A stretch of DNA of 63,282 bases, the filler included, from Choristocarpus tenellus KU-1152 (taxonomy: Eukaryota; Protista; Phaeophyceae): NCBI GenBank assembly GCA_964200185.2. It is 10 parts of 10 records of this genome, joined end to end, with 100 filler letters (N's around TTAATTAATTAA, not from the genome) between each part and the next. Parts side by side here need not be neighbours in the genome. Positions count along the whole stretch, not along the records: positions 60,172 to 63,282 come from CAXNAD020022255.1; 9 more parts are not named here. One strand, 5' to 3'. The number at the start of each line of letters is the position of its first letter. Positions within the stretch are counted from its first letter, which is position 1. The notes beneath the pieces are model-generated. The model was not told where the DNA came from, made no database searches, and saw only the letters and a list, made by a program, of their open reading frames with translations. Both the position numbers and the translations under genes were made by a program. Shown here one piece after another: positions 62,595 to 63,282 of this stretch.

Positions 62595-63282
62595 GTGCGT
62601 ATGTATGGTGCATCCCAATTCTCTTCTTCTTCTTCTTCTTCTTTTCAATTTCATGAGCCTTCCTCTTGCCCTTCCCCACTCTCTGCTCTCGATAATGGTC
62701 ATTTCTTGTCGAGCGCTTTTCTTTTTCGAGTTGAGGATGATGTATGATGGTACTCAAGGGAGGTTACTTTGAGAAACGTCGTGTAGTGCCACAGAGCAGT
62801 ATTACAGGGTGCAGTAGAGTGTTCTTACTTCAACTTCAATTTCTTAAAGTGAACTGGTGCGTGCTGGGTAAAAACCCCACCATCTCAGTAACTTCTATCA
62901 ACAGCCATCTTTATCCAAGCTCCCTTGAGAAGAGAGTGAAAGATGTGGGTAGGAGAGGCTCGCCTCGTCCATCCACCGTATCTAGTCATCCCTAGCCCTA
63001 AACATAAATACTGCGCTATTGACGCCCATGCCACTGCGCGTCGTGTCCTACACCGAAATCACCCAATCACAATCCAGTAGACGCACGAGCAGTCAAGCAC
63101 CGATCTTGACACAATTCAAGTGTGTTGTGGGTTGGTGCAGAATGAGAGATGACATCTGGCTAGCATAGGGTTAGGGTTGGGTTTAAGGTTAGTGTTGAGT
63201 GAGCGATTCCCCCCCACCATGAAACACCCCCCCCCCCCCACCCCCCCCCCACCCCCCCCCCCCCCCCCCCCACACCCGCCCC

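Overview
Eukaryotic draft assembly, not prokaryotic. Ten contigs are joined by nine artificial 100-bp spacers (44 N + TTAATTAATTAA + 44 N). GT-AG introns, TTAGGG-type repeats and the gene content suggest a stramenopile, possibly a brown-alga-like organism (inference). Host content is one tRNA-Phe(GAA) and four partial multi-exon genes with phase-consistent exons: a conserved uncharacterised protein, a TKL kinase, an SGNH-like GEIDCR protein and VPS18. The rest is mostly decayed, nested mobile DNA: a PIF/Harbinger element with two convergent ORFs, a chromodomain-type Gypsy element, Copia, LINE, mariner and possible hAT remnants, and large short-intron pseudogenes broken by stops compatible with C>T mutation. 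There are also several short non-autonomous families. The strongest pattern is two sister MITE families, A (~180 bp) and B (~260 bp), with 15 copies in total. They share one TIR core, usually make 4-bp TSDs, and carry splice-site-like ends in both orientations. Helentron/HINE-like hairpin elements and a TA-flanked TIR element carrying an exon-like fragment are also present. I found no CRISPR array, rRNA or convincing TnpB/Fanzor. All family calls come from motif recognition by eye, with no database searches.
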